A stretch of DNA of 64,000 nucleotides. Source: Phoronis australis (Eukaryota > Animalia > Phoronida). The stretch is taken from the NCBI GenBank assembly GCA_002633005.1, contig NMRA01000479.1, positions 193,690 through 257,689 on the forward strand, read 5' to 3'. Shown piece by piece: positions 48,177 through 60,638 of the stretch. Numbering within the stretch: position 1 is the first letter of the stretch; each line of letters opens with the position of its first letter. A program made the position numbers and the translations under genes. The notes below the pieces were generated by a model. That model was not told where the DNA came from. It searched no databases and worked only from the letters and a program-made list of their open reading frames with translations.

Positions 48177-50970
48177 GTTTGTCATTCACTCCCATCAACT
48201 TTGCCATCCTTCCCTGTTTCTCTCTCAATTTACATAATTATGAAGGTCTTTTTAAAAAACTGTGTCCTCGCTTAAGAGGGCACCCACAGTTTAGATGTAA
48301 GGGTAAAATATAACATTTTAAACATTTTTGTCCCGCCACATATTTATGTGTGGACGCATCACGCCATCATCCCCATCCCGCCTCTGGTGCTCTATCTTCA
48401 AACCCCTTTGATGTATGCTCATGAAATTTTGCATATGTTCCTCTCATGAATGGGACGGCATGATTGAACTTTCAAACGGATCTGACAACATGTGTGCACT
48501 CGAGTGGCAATTTTAGTTTTGTATGTTGACTTCTGTATCTTCAAAGGTCCTCAACGGACTTTCATAAAATTTGATAGATAGACATCTATTAGTGAGATGA
48601 TGTTAACCTCCTATTTTCAGATGGATTCGACGTATTTTGTGCCACTTGGTGGCCATTTGTTTTCGAGTGTGTTTTTGGCATCCGCACTTTATCAAACAAA
48701 CCACTTTTTTATTGATGATTGTGAAAATTTGGCATATTTTTATGTTCTTACTATGAAGAGGTCGGCTGTTAATGGTTTTCTGACGACTTCGACTACTGTG
48801 GCGCCTCCTAGTGGCAGTTTTGTTTGTTTTGCACCCATGGCTGTATCTCAACGCTCTGCAAGATCATTGCTAAAATTAAAAATTGAAGATTGACAACAGA
48901 TGACTACTTTCGGACAGAACCGACTACCGGTGTGCCCCCTAGTGGCGTTTGATGTGTGTATCTTCAAAGGTTTTCAACGGGTTTTCATAGAATTTGGAGT
49001 GAGACAACACTATCCTCATATTTCCTGGTGAATTTGAGATATTTTGTGCCACTTAGTGGCCATTTTTACTGTTTCCGTGTCCGTTTTTTGGCTTCCTCCC
49101 CTTTATCAACCAAATCACTCTAAGGATGATTGTGAAAATTGGCATATACTGTGAACAGAACGGCTGACTATGATTTTCCGATGATTACGATTTCTGTGGT
49201 GCCCCCTAGTGGCAGTTTTTGTTGTTGTTTTTTTGTGGCCATATATCTCCTAAACCCTCTGCGTGATGTTTTATTAAATTTAGCAATTGTATTTATATGA
49301 AATTGACAATAGATGGTGACTTTCAGACGGATATGACGAGCGCTGTACCCCCAAGTGACAATTTCATTTTTTCCGTTTTTCACTGTTTCTCTGAAGCTCC
49401 GTAATGGATTTTTTTAAAATTTGGGAAATATCTTTCTATTAAACCATAGATTATAGACAACAGATCCGCAACTTCGACATTTTCTTCCGTGCTATCCAAC
49501 AGGAGGCGACACTCTCCTAAATTATCTAGTGCAGTTTCTGGTTAGTATATTTTGACGGGAAATTCTCGCATCTACTTTACTGTCCAGTTCAACAAAAAAA
49601 ATAAATTCGGCATTGAAACGCTGTTCAAAGTCTTCCAATAGTAGTAGTGTTGGTATTATGAGTACTTTTGGCAATGCTACTGGTAATTTATTACAAAATT
49701 CAAACTTCGGTGCCAACTGATTATGTCGTCTGCTTGCCCAATAGCAGCATAATTATCGGACAGTTTGTGATTCATGGTTCACATACTGAGAAAACAACGA
49801 AAGCATATTTATGCACAAATTCTAAGAAGTTCCTGTGAATGCAAAATATACTTATATAACGTTTTTGTTTTAGAAAATTATTAATTTTGTTCGGATTAAG
49901 AAATGCGCCTCTGCAACGATTTCACTGGTTTAACCTTTGTATGTTTATAATTCAACATTGTCAAGTGAGCAGTTCTTCTGGGAAGTGTTAAGTGGCCCTT
50001 AAAAGGACTGTTGGTTGTACTATGCATGAGCCTTAGGTACGGATAGCCTGAAATGGTTATTAAAAGAACCGTTGAATAATTCAACATAAATCTCATAGTA
50101 TACCGTGCTCACTCAAGTACTGAAGGTCCTCATCATTTAAGTTTTCATCAGGGAAGGTTGGATGAAAATATGACAATATTGATGACAGTTGTAATACCTT
50201 ATATAGATGTTACTGTTCTCCAACGTTATCACGAACCCTGCCTCTTTCAGTTCTTGTTCCTGGATCCACAAGCAATCCTTGGGAAAAAAGACATATAACA
50301 AAACGAATCAAATTTCGAAAATCATTGCCTTCGAACGATTCCGTGTTGCTGTCGTCTGACTGATGTCCCTCCCCAACATGCATGTCGAAAATCGACGTCA
50401 CAAGTGATGGAAACTTGTGTCGTTTGTTTCTAACTTTTAACAAATTTTTTAAGAAAGGGGTGTACTGATGTTGTCTAAGGTTGATAGATCATAACTTTTG
50501 GTTTTTACAGTACATTTATCGTGTTGAATGCATTTATATTAAGTGGCCTTATTGAGTTCAACAGAAAATAAATTAAATGTAACACAATTAAGTTTTGAAA
50601 ATAAATAGAGCAGTAACAGGACTCCCTATGAATCAAGCTTGTTTTCGAAAACTTTCAACCGTTGGCGATCTGATTGGTTCATGCGCTTACGGCGGGAAAA
50701 TGATAGACCAATTATTGTGCACGTGTGCACTGTAGCAACACTTTGTATTTTATTCTTATTAGCCAATCTGTTGATACAGTAAATTTCCTTATTTATGCAC
50801 ATCCTGATTTGACAGCCACTTGGGCTTGTTGGGTTCTACCATATTGGGGTTGGCATAGGAACCCACCTGGTGCTTACTCAAATGGGCTTCATTATATCGA
50901 CGATTTCAAATTGTGTAGGTGAAGTCAATAAACAAAGTGGATGATTATCATCACCGGAATTTCATCATTA

Positions 50971-52325
50971 CTGTAATCGTTCGGGTTAACGCCCTGGGCG
51001 GTTAAATTGGCGAACCCAAAAAATCGGGGGTGGGCGGTTAACCAGACATGGGCGCTTAAACGTGAAATTTCAAGAAATCGGGGGGGGCGGTTAACTGAAC
51101 ATGGGCGCTTATTACGACAGGCAACCGCCCTGGGCGGTTAATCTTACCTTATGATCTGAGTCACCACACGTACTAAGCCACATACTGGGATCGCCTAACA
51201 CTTTGAAAAGAACTTTATCGCCACCAAGTGCGTACTCTGCGCACTCTAATTAACAAATAGTTTCGAAAATGTAGAGTGTGGTCAAACTCCGAACGCTTGC
51301 ATAGAAAGTTTGCTGCATAATATGGCGCCTCAGGTGAGACCGATTATTGCGAATTATGCTCATTATTTCACTATACTTCGCAGACGTTGAACATGTTCAC
51401 CTGCGTAGCAGACGGTAGCTGTGCTGTCGTTTTAACCCAGTTGTGGTCACGTGCTGACCCATTTTTCCTGTTTGATCAGTGCACTCCCATAATAAACAAC
51501 TTAACTGACGGTCACGTAGACAAGGACTACCAGCAGTTCCGAATTTCAGTTCAAAATTATTTCGAGATAACAGAATGTACTCCTGGTCTGAATGGTCAAA
51601 AAGCATAAAAATGTATAATCAATCACGAAATCGGGTTCAACTATTCAGTTGCCATGCACTGTGACGAGAGTACTCGAAAGACGGGGATCTCGATAACCCG
51701 GCAATTACACTCACCAAAATATAAAGAATTTATCAACTTTTCGCGGTTTATGGGAATTCTTCAAAATCCCGAGAGCTTACAACCTAAAGCGCATTGAGAG
51801 GGTTGGCAAAACCAATGTCACATTTCTCTGACCTGGTTATTTCGAATGCATCTTTTATATAGTGCACTGTAGTCGATAACTCAGTGCGGCAGAGATTGTG
51901 GCTGAAAGTGGAGGTGTAGACGCCAGCGCGGTTCCTAAAGTTTGCGAACATGAGAAGAAAAGAAAGTGACAAAGTGTTCAAGTATTACATTTTGAAGTTA
52001 ATCGATGACCCGTTACAATAATTTGTTACTGGTATCATAATTCACATTGCTAAACCGCGGTCTCTGAGGCCGTCGTTGCACTCAATGTTATCATCGATCT
52101 TAATCTAAAAGGTTGGGGATTCGCGTTTCCTATTAGCACAGGGCGGTAATCACCAATCGTCAAAAGTAGAAGATGGGCGCTTAACCGAGAGGTGGGCGCT
52201 TAATTGGAAATCTTCAAAATTAGCAGGGGGGCGGTTAACCGAGCAGTGGGCGGTTAAATCGAAAATCCACCTAAAGTAGGGGTGGGCGGTTAACTGAGCA
52301 TGGGCGTTAACCCGAACGATTACGG
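50971..52325. mobile_element. Non-autonomous Tc1/mariner-like element
   Basis: TIR C(T/C)GTAATCGTTCGGGTTAACGCCC, TA flanks, subterminal GGGCGGTTAA repeats; related to 9735-11115. Confidence 0.9.
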
Positions 52326-52479
52326 TAGTATCTTTTGCCGGGTGCTCAAATTTTTTGAGACTAGGGATTGTCACATTTGTAAGGTAGAAGTGTTTCGCTG
52401 GAGTTCCAGGTCTGTAGCATTATTTATACCTGACCAAAATTAAAAAAGAGGCCCTTGTTTAAATCAGGAGCTGCATAAA

Positions 52480-52875
52480 AATAATTGCAGGCGGTCTGAT
52501 ACACGTTGTACCAGACGTGCGCAGGCAGCGCACGTGCGCCCATTGCACTGATCACTTGGAACCATTTTTATGGTTTATTAATATACAATTAAACCGAGCT
52601 GAGGAACTTGAAACCTGATTCCCGGCAATTTTTTGGCAGTGGTATTTTCTGAAAAATGGTCGTAAGTTAACAACAAAGTTTGATAGCAATGTACTGCAAT
52701 TTTGTAGATTGCTGTCCTGGGCTACAGATGCGTCACAGAGCATAAATTTAATGAATACTAGCATAAGATTTCACCTGTTTCGGAAACCGGGATTCAATCA
52801 CTTTTAGGCTATAAGTGCTCCCTTCCTGAAGCGATTTTTTCTAAGCGCCCTGGCCACTTATTCGGACGAATACGG
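52480..52875. mobile_element. Terminal fragment related to the HIRAN-TcMar family
   Basis: Ends AAGCGCCCTGG...ATTCGGACGAATACGG|TA, homologous to ~55140-55341; left boundary approximate. Confidence 0.65.
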
Positions 52876-53400
52876 TAATATTTCAGAAGGACAATACTTA
52901 GTATCCTTTATGCACGGGACCCTTTTATTACATTAGGAGTGGGATTGGTTCATTATGTACACTGGAGGTGGCATAGGACTTTACAAATCTGGTTGAAGAA
53001 TTGTGTTTTCGTCATAAACGTTCGTTTGAAAGGCTTAAGTTTGGAAATTGTTAGGACTTTGTGCAGAAATTTAAAATCCATTTTTCCGCTTAACATTGAA
53101 GAATAAAAACAACTTTCACACCCCTCTGGTGTTCCTGTTCCATGTTTGCAAAGAAGTTGGTTGTATTTTCGTAGACTGCAATGTACTTGGCTAAGATGGT
53201 TTAGAGATTTTGTGCGGCTTATATTCGACATGAAATAAGTGTGTAACCTGCTGTTGAATTGTGAGATAGATTTCGGGAAGGCAAATTGGTTATTTCTGGA
53301 CTATTAATGTGATCTTTATTGATGTTAAAGGTTTTACCGGCATTCAATTTATTTGTTCATGGGTTTATAAATCGGCTAAGTCTGTGATCCAAATCCCGAC

Positions 53401-53643
53401 GAAATGTGCGCATTCTGCTGGGATAGTAACCGCCTGATTAGGGCCAGCGAAGATGACTAATTTGGTTAATTCGCACACTAGGCTATGGCTGAAGTTCCTC
53501 GTAAGGACAGGAGTTCGTGAATCACTATTTTTTGAAAGGTTTTTCTTCCACAGCCGATTTTGGGGTCTCCGTACGCTATGGAAGCTAACGCCTTTGCATT
53601 TCGCCTGTGTGGCTGAACACCCGGCCACACACCAACCGACCAT
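53401..53643 (-). pseudogene. THAP-like remnant of the P-like element
   Basis: MVGWCVAGCSATQAKCKGVSFH...RLWKK...ECAHF. Confidence 0.5.
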
Positions 53644-53879
53644 GATTAGCAAACGACGTACTTGCCGGAAATAACACCAGATAATTTGGCCAGGTGTCGC
53701 TAGTGAATAATGATCTAACAGCACAGATTTTGTCCATTGAAAGTATACGGAGTTGGCGGTCCATGTACTATAGTCTATTATTATACAAACGGTAACATGC
53801 TTCTGTTTTCAGAGGGATTCGACATGTTTTGCACCATTTTGTGGCCATGTTCACTGTTTTCTAATCTGTTTTTAGCATA

Positions 53880-55341
53880 CTGTATTCGCCCTAATAAGCG
53901 CCCATGCCCCTATAAGCGCCCCCACACGTTTTCAGACTTTGCTAAAATAAGTGTCCAGTCCATGAACGCTGTGTACATGCGAAAAATGCCTTAACTACAG
54001 TCTTAAAATTCTACAGTAACATCTTCAATTTGTCAACAAGATCCAACAGTCCTGAAAAAATCATTGTGCGCGGAATTTTGTAGACCACGAGCCTCAACGC
54101 TATTTCGGTATTAAGCTGTGACAGTACACTTCAAACTTCCGCCATGCTTCAAAGAGAACGCAAAAGTTTTGCTGATCTTGCGAAGGACGTGTCCTATTAT
54201 GGTCTGGCCTTTCAGAACAGACGCAGCGTACTTGTCAAAGGGACGAATTGTATCTTTTCAATACAACAGGAATCCAAATTTCTTTGTACACGCCAAAACT
54301 GCGAATGGAAGACCAATAAAAACTTGACCTTTGTTAAAAGCCCGTGACCAGGAAGCGCGCGCTACATGCAAGTACCCGTCATCGAAGATAAGTCTTCGGC
54401 AACTATCCATTCATGAAACGGGTAGCATAGCATCAGCAAAAATTATATACTGGCACTTATTTCCGAAAGTTTCTAATACCGTAAAAACGTTTGCGTTATT
54501 TGTAGGAGGAATTACTTTAAATTAATTGTAATTAGTGTTTTTAAAGTCAAAATGACCCACTGATAGTGAACACTTCCGCACCCTTACACTCCCCGAATCT
54601 CCAGAAAAATAACTGACTGTCACGCATCCAGTCACCCGGCGACTCAATATCGGCTTTACCGAGACAATTCTTGAACGTTTTTTAGCACATAATATCAACA
54701 AGTGCTAAATAAAACACGTTCTGCTTTACTGCTTGAGTTAATTTCTTTAGTTGCACACCTAGACCGTTACATCACGTTTACTCTGGCAAATGAACTCTGA
54801 TGACACACGCGCTTGCTGTCCCACACACGCAGACTAATTTCAAAACAAACGTCACGTGACAACAACGTGTGTTCATCCAGAGATTTTTCTAGTCTTACGG
54901 AGTACGATCTCGCACAGAATTGGACTTAATGTGCCGTTAATCCTGACTCCGCAGGAACTTAAAATGTTAGGGATGCTATTTTGAAAACTTATGGAGGACT
55001 TCAGGTGATTTGTTGAGTCGAAACTATATTTTTACTCACAAATTCAAGTTGATCCATGAGCGATCGCAAGGCAGCGAGGCATCAGTCGGCGAGTTTTCGC
55101 ACTGGGATTTTCTGAATAATGTTTGTAATTTAACAGCAAAGTTTTATAGCAATGCACTGCTACTTCATAGAAACTCTGTCATAAGTTACAGATGTGTCAC
55201 AGAGCGCAATTTTGATGAATTCTAGCTTACGATTTGACCTGTTTTGGAGACCGGGTTTTAACCACTTTGGGCTACAATAAGTGCCCCCTTCCTGAAGTGA
55301 ATTTTTCTAAGCGCCCTGGGCGCTTATTAGGGCGAATACGG
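53880..55341 (-). mobile_element. TcMar-like element with both TIRs and a decayed HIRAN-like gene (~54060-54310)
   Basis: TIR C(T/C)GTATTCGCCCTAATAAGCGCCC, TA flanks; minus-strand SIRSFGVYKEIWIPV..FDKYAASVLKGQTIIGHVLRKISKTFAFSLKHGGSLKCTVTA*YRNSVEARGL. Confidence 0.85.
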
Positions 55342-56171
55342 TATGCCCTTCTATCAACCAAACCACTTAAAGGATGATTTTGAAAATTAGCATTTATGTT
55401 TCTACTGTGAAAAGGACAGTTGATGATGATTTTCGGACGACTCGAACTACTGTGGCGCCTTCTAGTAGCATTTTTTGTGTCTATGGTGTATCTCCCAAAC
55501 CCTGAGCAGGATCTTTATTAAATTTGGCATGGGTAATTTATATGAACTTTACAACGGACAATGACGACATTTGGATGGATCCAACTACCGTTTTGCCCCC
55601 CTACTGGCAATTTTATTTTTTGATGTCCTCTGTATCTTTGAAACTCGTATTAAGCAGTTTTTATGAAATTTATTAAATAGGCATAGGAGCTAACAGGTTC
55701 CCCTTTTCAGATAGATTTGACGTATAGCGGCTGTTGTCATGGAATTTTGTAAATAGGTTTCTATTAAGGAGACAACAACATCTTCTCATTTTCGGGCGGA
55801 TTTGACGTATTCTGTGTCACTCGGTAGTCATTTTAAAAAAATTTTAGTAGGTTTTTGACATCACCCTTTCCATCCAACAAACCACTTGAAGGATCATTAT
55901 TTAGATTTGGAAATGTGTTCCTGATGAGAAGACAGGCTGACGTTGATTTTCGAACTTTTACACTACTCTGGCCCACTAGTGGCAATTTTTTGCGTCCACG
56001 GCTGTATCTCCCTTACCCTTTGCAAGATCTTCCTAAAATTTAGCAGATGTGTTCCTAAGGAGATGACAACAAATGACGGTCAGTTTCAGACCATTCCAAC
56101 TTCAGCTTAGTTACCTAGTGGCATTTTTATTTTTTAAGTTTGCCTCTTTAACTTCAGAGTTACTTGATACT

Positions 56172-59100
56172 TTTTATGTGCCTACATATTGATATGTGGA
56201 CGAATTACGCCGTCATCTCCGTCCGTCCGGCATCCATCCGGCGTCCAGTGTCCAGCGTCGGCTGCTCTACCTCCAAAACTCTTTGACATACGTTCATGAA
56301 ATTATGCACAAAAGTCATGTGTTTCTATCGTGGATGGGACAGCATGAGCAATCTTTCAGACGGATCCGACTACCGGTGTGCCCCATAGTGGCAATTTTAG
56401 TTTTTTACGCTTACCTCTATATCTTCAAAGGTTCTCACCGTAACTTCATAAAATTTGGAATATAGGCACCTATTAGTGAGATGGTGCTGTTCTCCCGTTT
56501 TCGGATGGATTCGACATAGTTTGTGCCACCTAGTGGCCATTTTTGCAGTTTTCGTGTCTTTTTTGGCGTCCACCCCTCTATCAACCAAACTGCTCTAAGG
56601 ATGATTGTGAAAATTGGCATTATGTTTTTATTATGAAGAGGACGGCTGACAACGATTTTCCGACGATTTTGACTACTGTGGCGCCACCTAGTGGCAGTTT
56701 GCGCCCATGGCTGTCTCCTAAACTGTTGGCAGGATCTTTACTACATTCTGCAAGTATATTTATATGATGTTGACAATGGATGACGATGACTTTCAGACCG
56801 ATCTGACTACCGGCGTGCCCCTTTTTGGCAATTTATTTTTTTGTTTACCTCTTTATCTAGTTGTATGTGGACGCATTATGCCGTCATCTCCGTCCGTCTG
56901 TCCGTCCCGCGTCCGCTGCTCTGTCTCCAAAACGCCTCAACGTATGCTTGTGAAATTTTGCACATGTGTTTCTTCCGTGGATGGGACAGCATAAGCGAAC
57001 TTTCGGACGGATGCCACTACTGTGGTGCCCTCTAGTGGCAATTTTAGTTTTTTACGTTTACCTCTGTTTCTTCAACAAAAGTCCTCAACGTATTTTCATA
57101 AAATTTGAAATATAGGCACCTATTAGTGAGATCAAGCTATCTTCCCATTTTTGCATGGATTTGATATAGTTTGTACCACCTAGTGGCCATTTTTACTGTT
57201 TTTTGTCTTTTTTGGCGTCCATCCCTCTATCAACCAAACCGCAATAAGGATGATTGTGAAAATTGGCATGTATGTTCTTACTACGAAGCTGACGATTATT
57301 TTCCAATGACTTCGACTACTGTGTCGCCTCCTAGTGGCAATTTTGTTTTGTTTTGCGCCCATAGCTGCAACTCCTAAACTTACTGCAGGATCTTTATTAA
57401 ACTTAGTAATTGTATTAATATGAAGCTAACAACAGATGACGACGTCTTTCAGGTGGATCCAATGAAGGCTGTGTCCCAAAGTGGCAATTTCATTATTTTT
57501 TGTTTTCCTTTGTTTCTCTGAAGTTTCTTGACAGATTTTTATGAAATATGCTGAATAGCTTTCTATTAAAGAAGCGATGACATGTACCTGTTTTCAGATG
57601 GATTGGATGTTTTTTGCCCTCTTGTGGCTATTTTTGTGAAACAAATAAACAATCGTAGAAGCACTCCATTTGTGGTGCATTCATGGGCGCATTTCAACGC
57701 TTTGGTTGCTCTTGTTCAACATATTGTGTAATACAAACTCCATTTAATATGTTAAAAATGTGTTGAATCCAGCTCAGGCTCTGCTTTCAGGCGGATCCAG
57801 CGGACTCTGTGCCCACTAGTGGCAATTTCATTTTTTTGTTTCCTTTGTTTCTCTGAAGTTCCTTGACAGTTTTTTATGGAGTTTGGTAAATAGCTTTCTA
57901 TTAAGGAAGCGATGGCATGTTCCCATTTTCAGATGGGTTGGACGTTTTTTCGCCCTCTAGTAGCTATTTTTATGAAACAAATAAACAACCCTAGAAGCAC
58001 TCCATTTGCGGTGCATTCGTGTGCACATTTCAGCACTCCGCGTTGCTGTTGTTTATGAAGTTAGGTTAGCAAATTTTTCCTTTTTGTGATGGATTCAACA
58101 TATTCTACACCAACTAGTGGTCATTTTAATTATTTTTATGCGCCCACATATTTATATGTGGACGCATTATGCCGTCATCTCTGTCCGTCCGGCGTCCGCT
58201 GCTCTATCTCCAAAACGCCTTGATGTATGTTCATGAAATTTTGCACATGTGTCCCTTCTTGGATGGGACGGCATGAGTGAACTTTCGGATGGATCCGACT
58301 ACCGGTGTACCCTCTAGTGGCAATGTTAGTTTTTTACGTTTACCTCGGTATCTTCAAAATAATAATAATTGCAGGCGGTCTGATGCACGTTGTACCAGAC
58401 GTGCGCAGGCCCATTGCACTGATCACCTGGAAATATTTTTGTGCTTTATTAATATATAGCTAAAACCGAGCTGAGGAGCTAGAAACCTGACTCAAGGGTC
58501 TAGCAGTGTGGCGCAGTGTCTTCAAAAGTCCTGTGTGGATTTTCATAAAATTTGGCAAGATGACGCTATCCTCCTGTTTTCGGATGGATTTGATATATTT
58601 TGCGCCACCTAGTGGACATTTTTACAATCAAACCGCTCAAAGGATGATTGTGAAAATTGGCATGTATGCTCTTACTATGAAGTGGACGGCGAACGATGAT
58701 TTTCCGATGACTTCGACTACTGTGGCACCTCTTAGTGGCATTTTTTTTTGCGTCTATGGCTGTATCTCCTAAACCATTTGCAGGATCTTTGCTGAATTTA
58801 GTAAGTGTATTTATATGATGTTAACAACAAAGGACAATGACTTTGGAACAGATCTGACTACTGGTATGCCACCTAGTGGCAATTTTATTTTTTTACTTTT
58901 ACCTCTATGTTCAAAGGTCCTCAACGTATTTTCATAAAATTTGGAAAACAGGCATCTGTTAATGAGTTGACGCTATCTCTCCATTTTCAGATGGATTCGA
59001 CCTAGTTTGAGCCACCTAGAGGCCATTTTTACTGTTTTCAAGTCTGTTTTTTGGCGTACGCTCGTCTATCAACTAAACCGCTGTCAGGGTAATTGTGAAA

Positions 59101-59445
59101 ATTGGCATGTATGTTAAATTTTTACTATGAAGTGGACAGCTGATGGTGATTTTCCGATGATTTCGACTACTGTGGCGTCTCCTGGTGACAGTTTTGTTTT
59201 CTTTTGCGCTCATGGCTGTATCTCCTAAACCGTTTGCAAGATCTTTACTTAAATTAGCAAGTGTATTCATGTGATGTTGACAACGGACGACGAATTTCAG
59301 ACGGATTTGAGTATTGGTGTGCCCCCTAGTGGCAATTTTAGTTTTTTACGTTTACCAGTCTGTATCTTCAAAGGTACTCAACAGATTTTCATAAAATTTT
59401 GAATATAGGCATCTATTGGTGAGATGTTGCTATCGTCCTGTTTTT
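56172..59445 (+). mobile_element. Cluster of HINE family A copies
   Basis: 5' heads at ~56172, ~56864 and 58133; 3' hairpin tails ending at 57716 and 58053; ~450-bp internal units throughout. Confidence 0.8.
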
Positions 59446-59520
59446 GGATTATTATTACTGGGCACTAGTTGCCCTGTGGAAGCATTCAGCTATTGAGTTT
59501 AGCACCATTTTCTTTATTAG

Positions 59521-59615
59521 TGAGCCATCAAAAAAGAGAAAGAGAAGAACTTCATTCACACCACATGCTGTTGATGTTCTGAATGAATTCTTTGAAAGAA
59601 ACACACATCCCTCTG
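59521..59615 (+). CDS. POU6: POU6 exon, homeodomain part 1
   Basis: SEPSKKRKRRTSFTPHAVDVLNEFFERNTHPSG; phase 2-1; donor GTAAGT. Confidence 0.96.
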
Positions 59616-60327
59616 GTAAGTTGTACAGTTGTAATCTGTCCTTATGCTACCTTGTGTTGATTTGGTGTGTGGTGACTTTAGTGTGCGGTATTCCTTATGG
59701 TTTATACCCAGGAATGGAGGAATGAAAAAGGTAAGGGGTACATGGTAATGATAAGTTCTCTACAGTCTGGGACACGGTATGGTGGACAATCAAAATTTTA
59801 TTTTCATGTGTTTCATAAACGATAAGTAACAAGAAAGTAAGGCAGCTTCATCTTTGTCCAGCTGAGTGCAGCTGTACCTATCACCAGACAATGTTTTGTT
59901 AAACTGCAAGCATTTTATAAAGAGCTTTTGAAATATGAACAGACAATTTTGGCATTTACTTTTGATGGAAATGAGCGTAGCTGAACATAAGATTTTGGTG
60001 ATTTGACGTGTGAATGATTGTTTTCAGTCAGATTTATGAGTGACATAAAACACTTGGATGACAAGAAACTAAATGAGCATTAATTATATAAAGTGATAAG
60101 CGTTCAACATCAAGAGGTCATGTGATCATAGACTCTATATAGTGATAAGCGTTTGATGTCAAGTCACGTGATCATTGACTCTAGATAGCGATAAGCTCGA
60201 CAATAGACTGAATTGGCTTTGATTGTATAAAGTGGTGCACTTTCCTTGTGGCTATCTGTCTGCAATTTGTATTCTAAGTAGTGTGTGAAGTAATATACTG
60301 CCAATTGAATGAAGCTCTGTTCTTAAG

Positions 60328-60638
60328 GTGCTGAAATGACAGAGATGTCGGACAAACTGAACTACGATCGGGAAGTTATTCGAGTGTGGTTCTGTAACAA
60401 ACGGCAAGCTTTGAAGAACACTATCAAACGACTGAAAGCTTCGGAAAATTTCAGTCATGAAGCTTACTCCCGTGAAATTGGCGACGTTTATCCCGTCTCG
60501 TCATCTGAAAGTGCAATGGAGAAATCATCTAGTGATGAAAGTCAGGGTTACGTGATTAATGCCAGAGACAGTCTACCCATAACGACAATGGAGACGCCCA
60601 CGTCCAAGACACAGGGTGCGACGATGGTAACTTCTTGA
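60328..60638 (+). CDS. POU6: POU6 terminal coding exon, homeodomain part 2 and C-terminus
   Basis: GAEMTEMSDKLNYDREVIRVWFCNKRQALKN...TGA; WFCN is the POU homeodomain signature. Confidence 0.96.

Larger units (their letters stand above)
49445..53779 (-). mobile_element. Degenerate P-element-like transposon
   Basis: Imperfect ~38-bp TIR CATAGATTATAG...CCGCAACTTCG vs CGGAGTTGGCGG...CTATAGTCTAT; flanks (T)ATTAAAC / (T)ATTATAC (7-8-bp TSD, 1 mismatch); THAP-like start 136 bp inside the right end. Confidence 0.6.
48325..56160 (+). mobile_element. HINE family A copy split by nested insertions (HINE parts ~48325-49444, ~53787-53879, 55344-56160)
   Basis: The HINE repeat unit reads continuously once 49445-53779 and 53880-55343 are removed. 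Confidence 0.7.
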
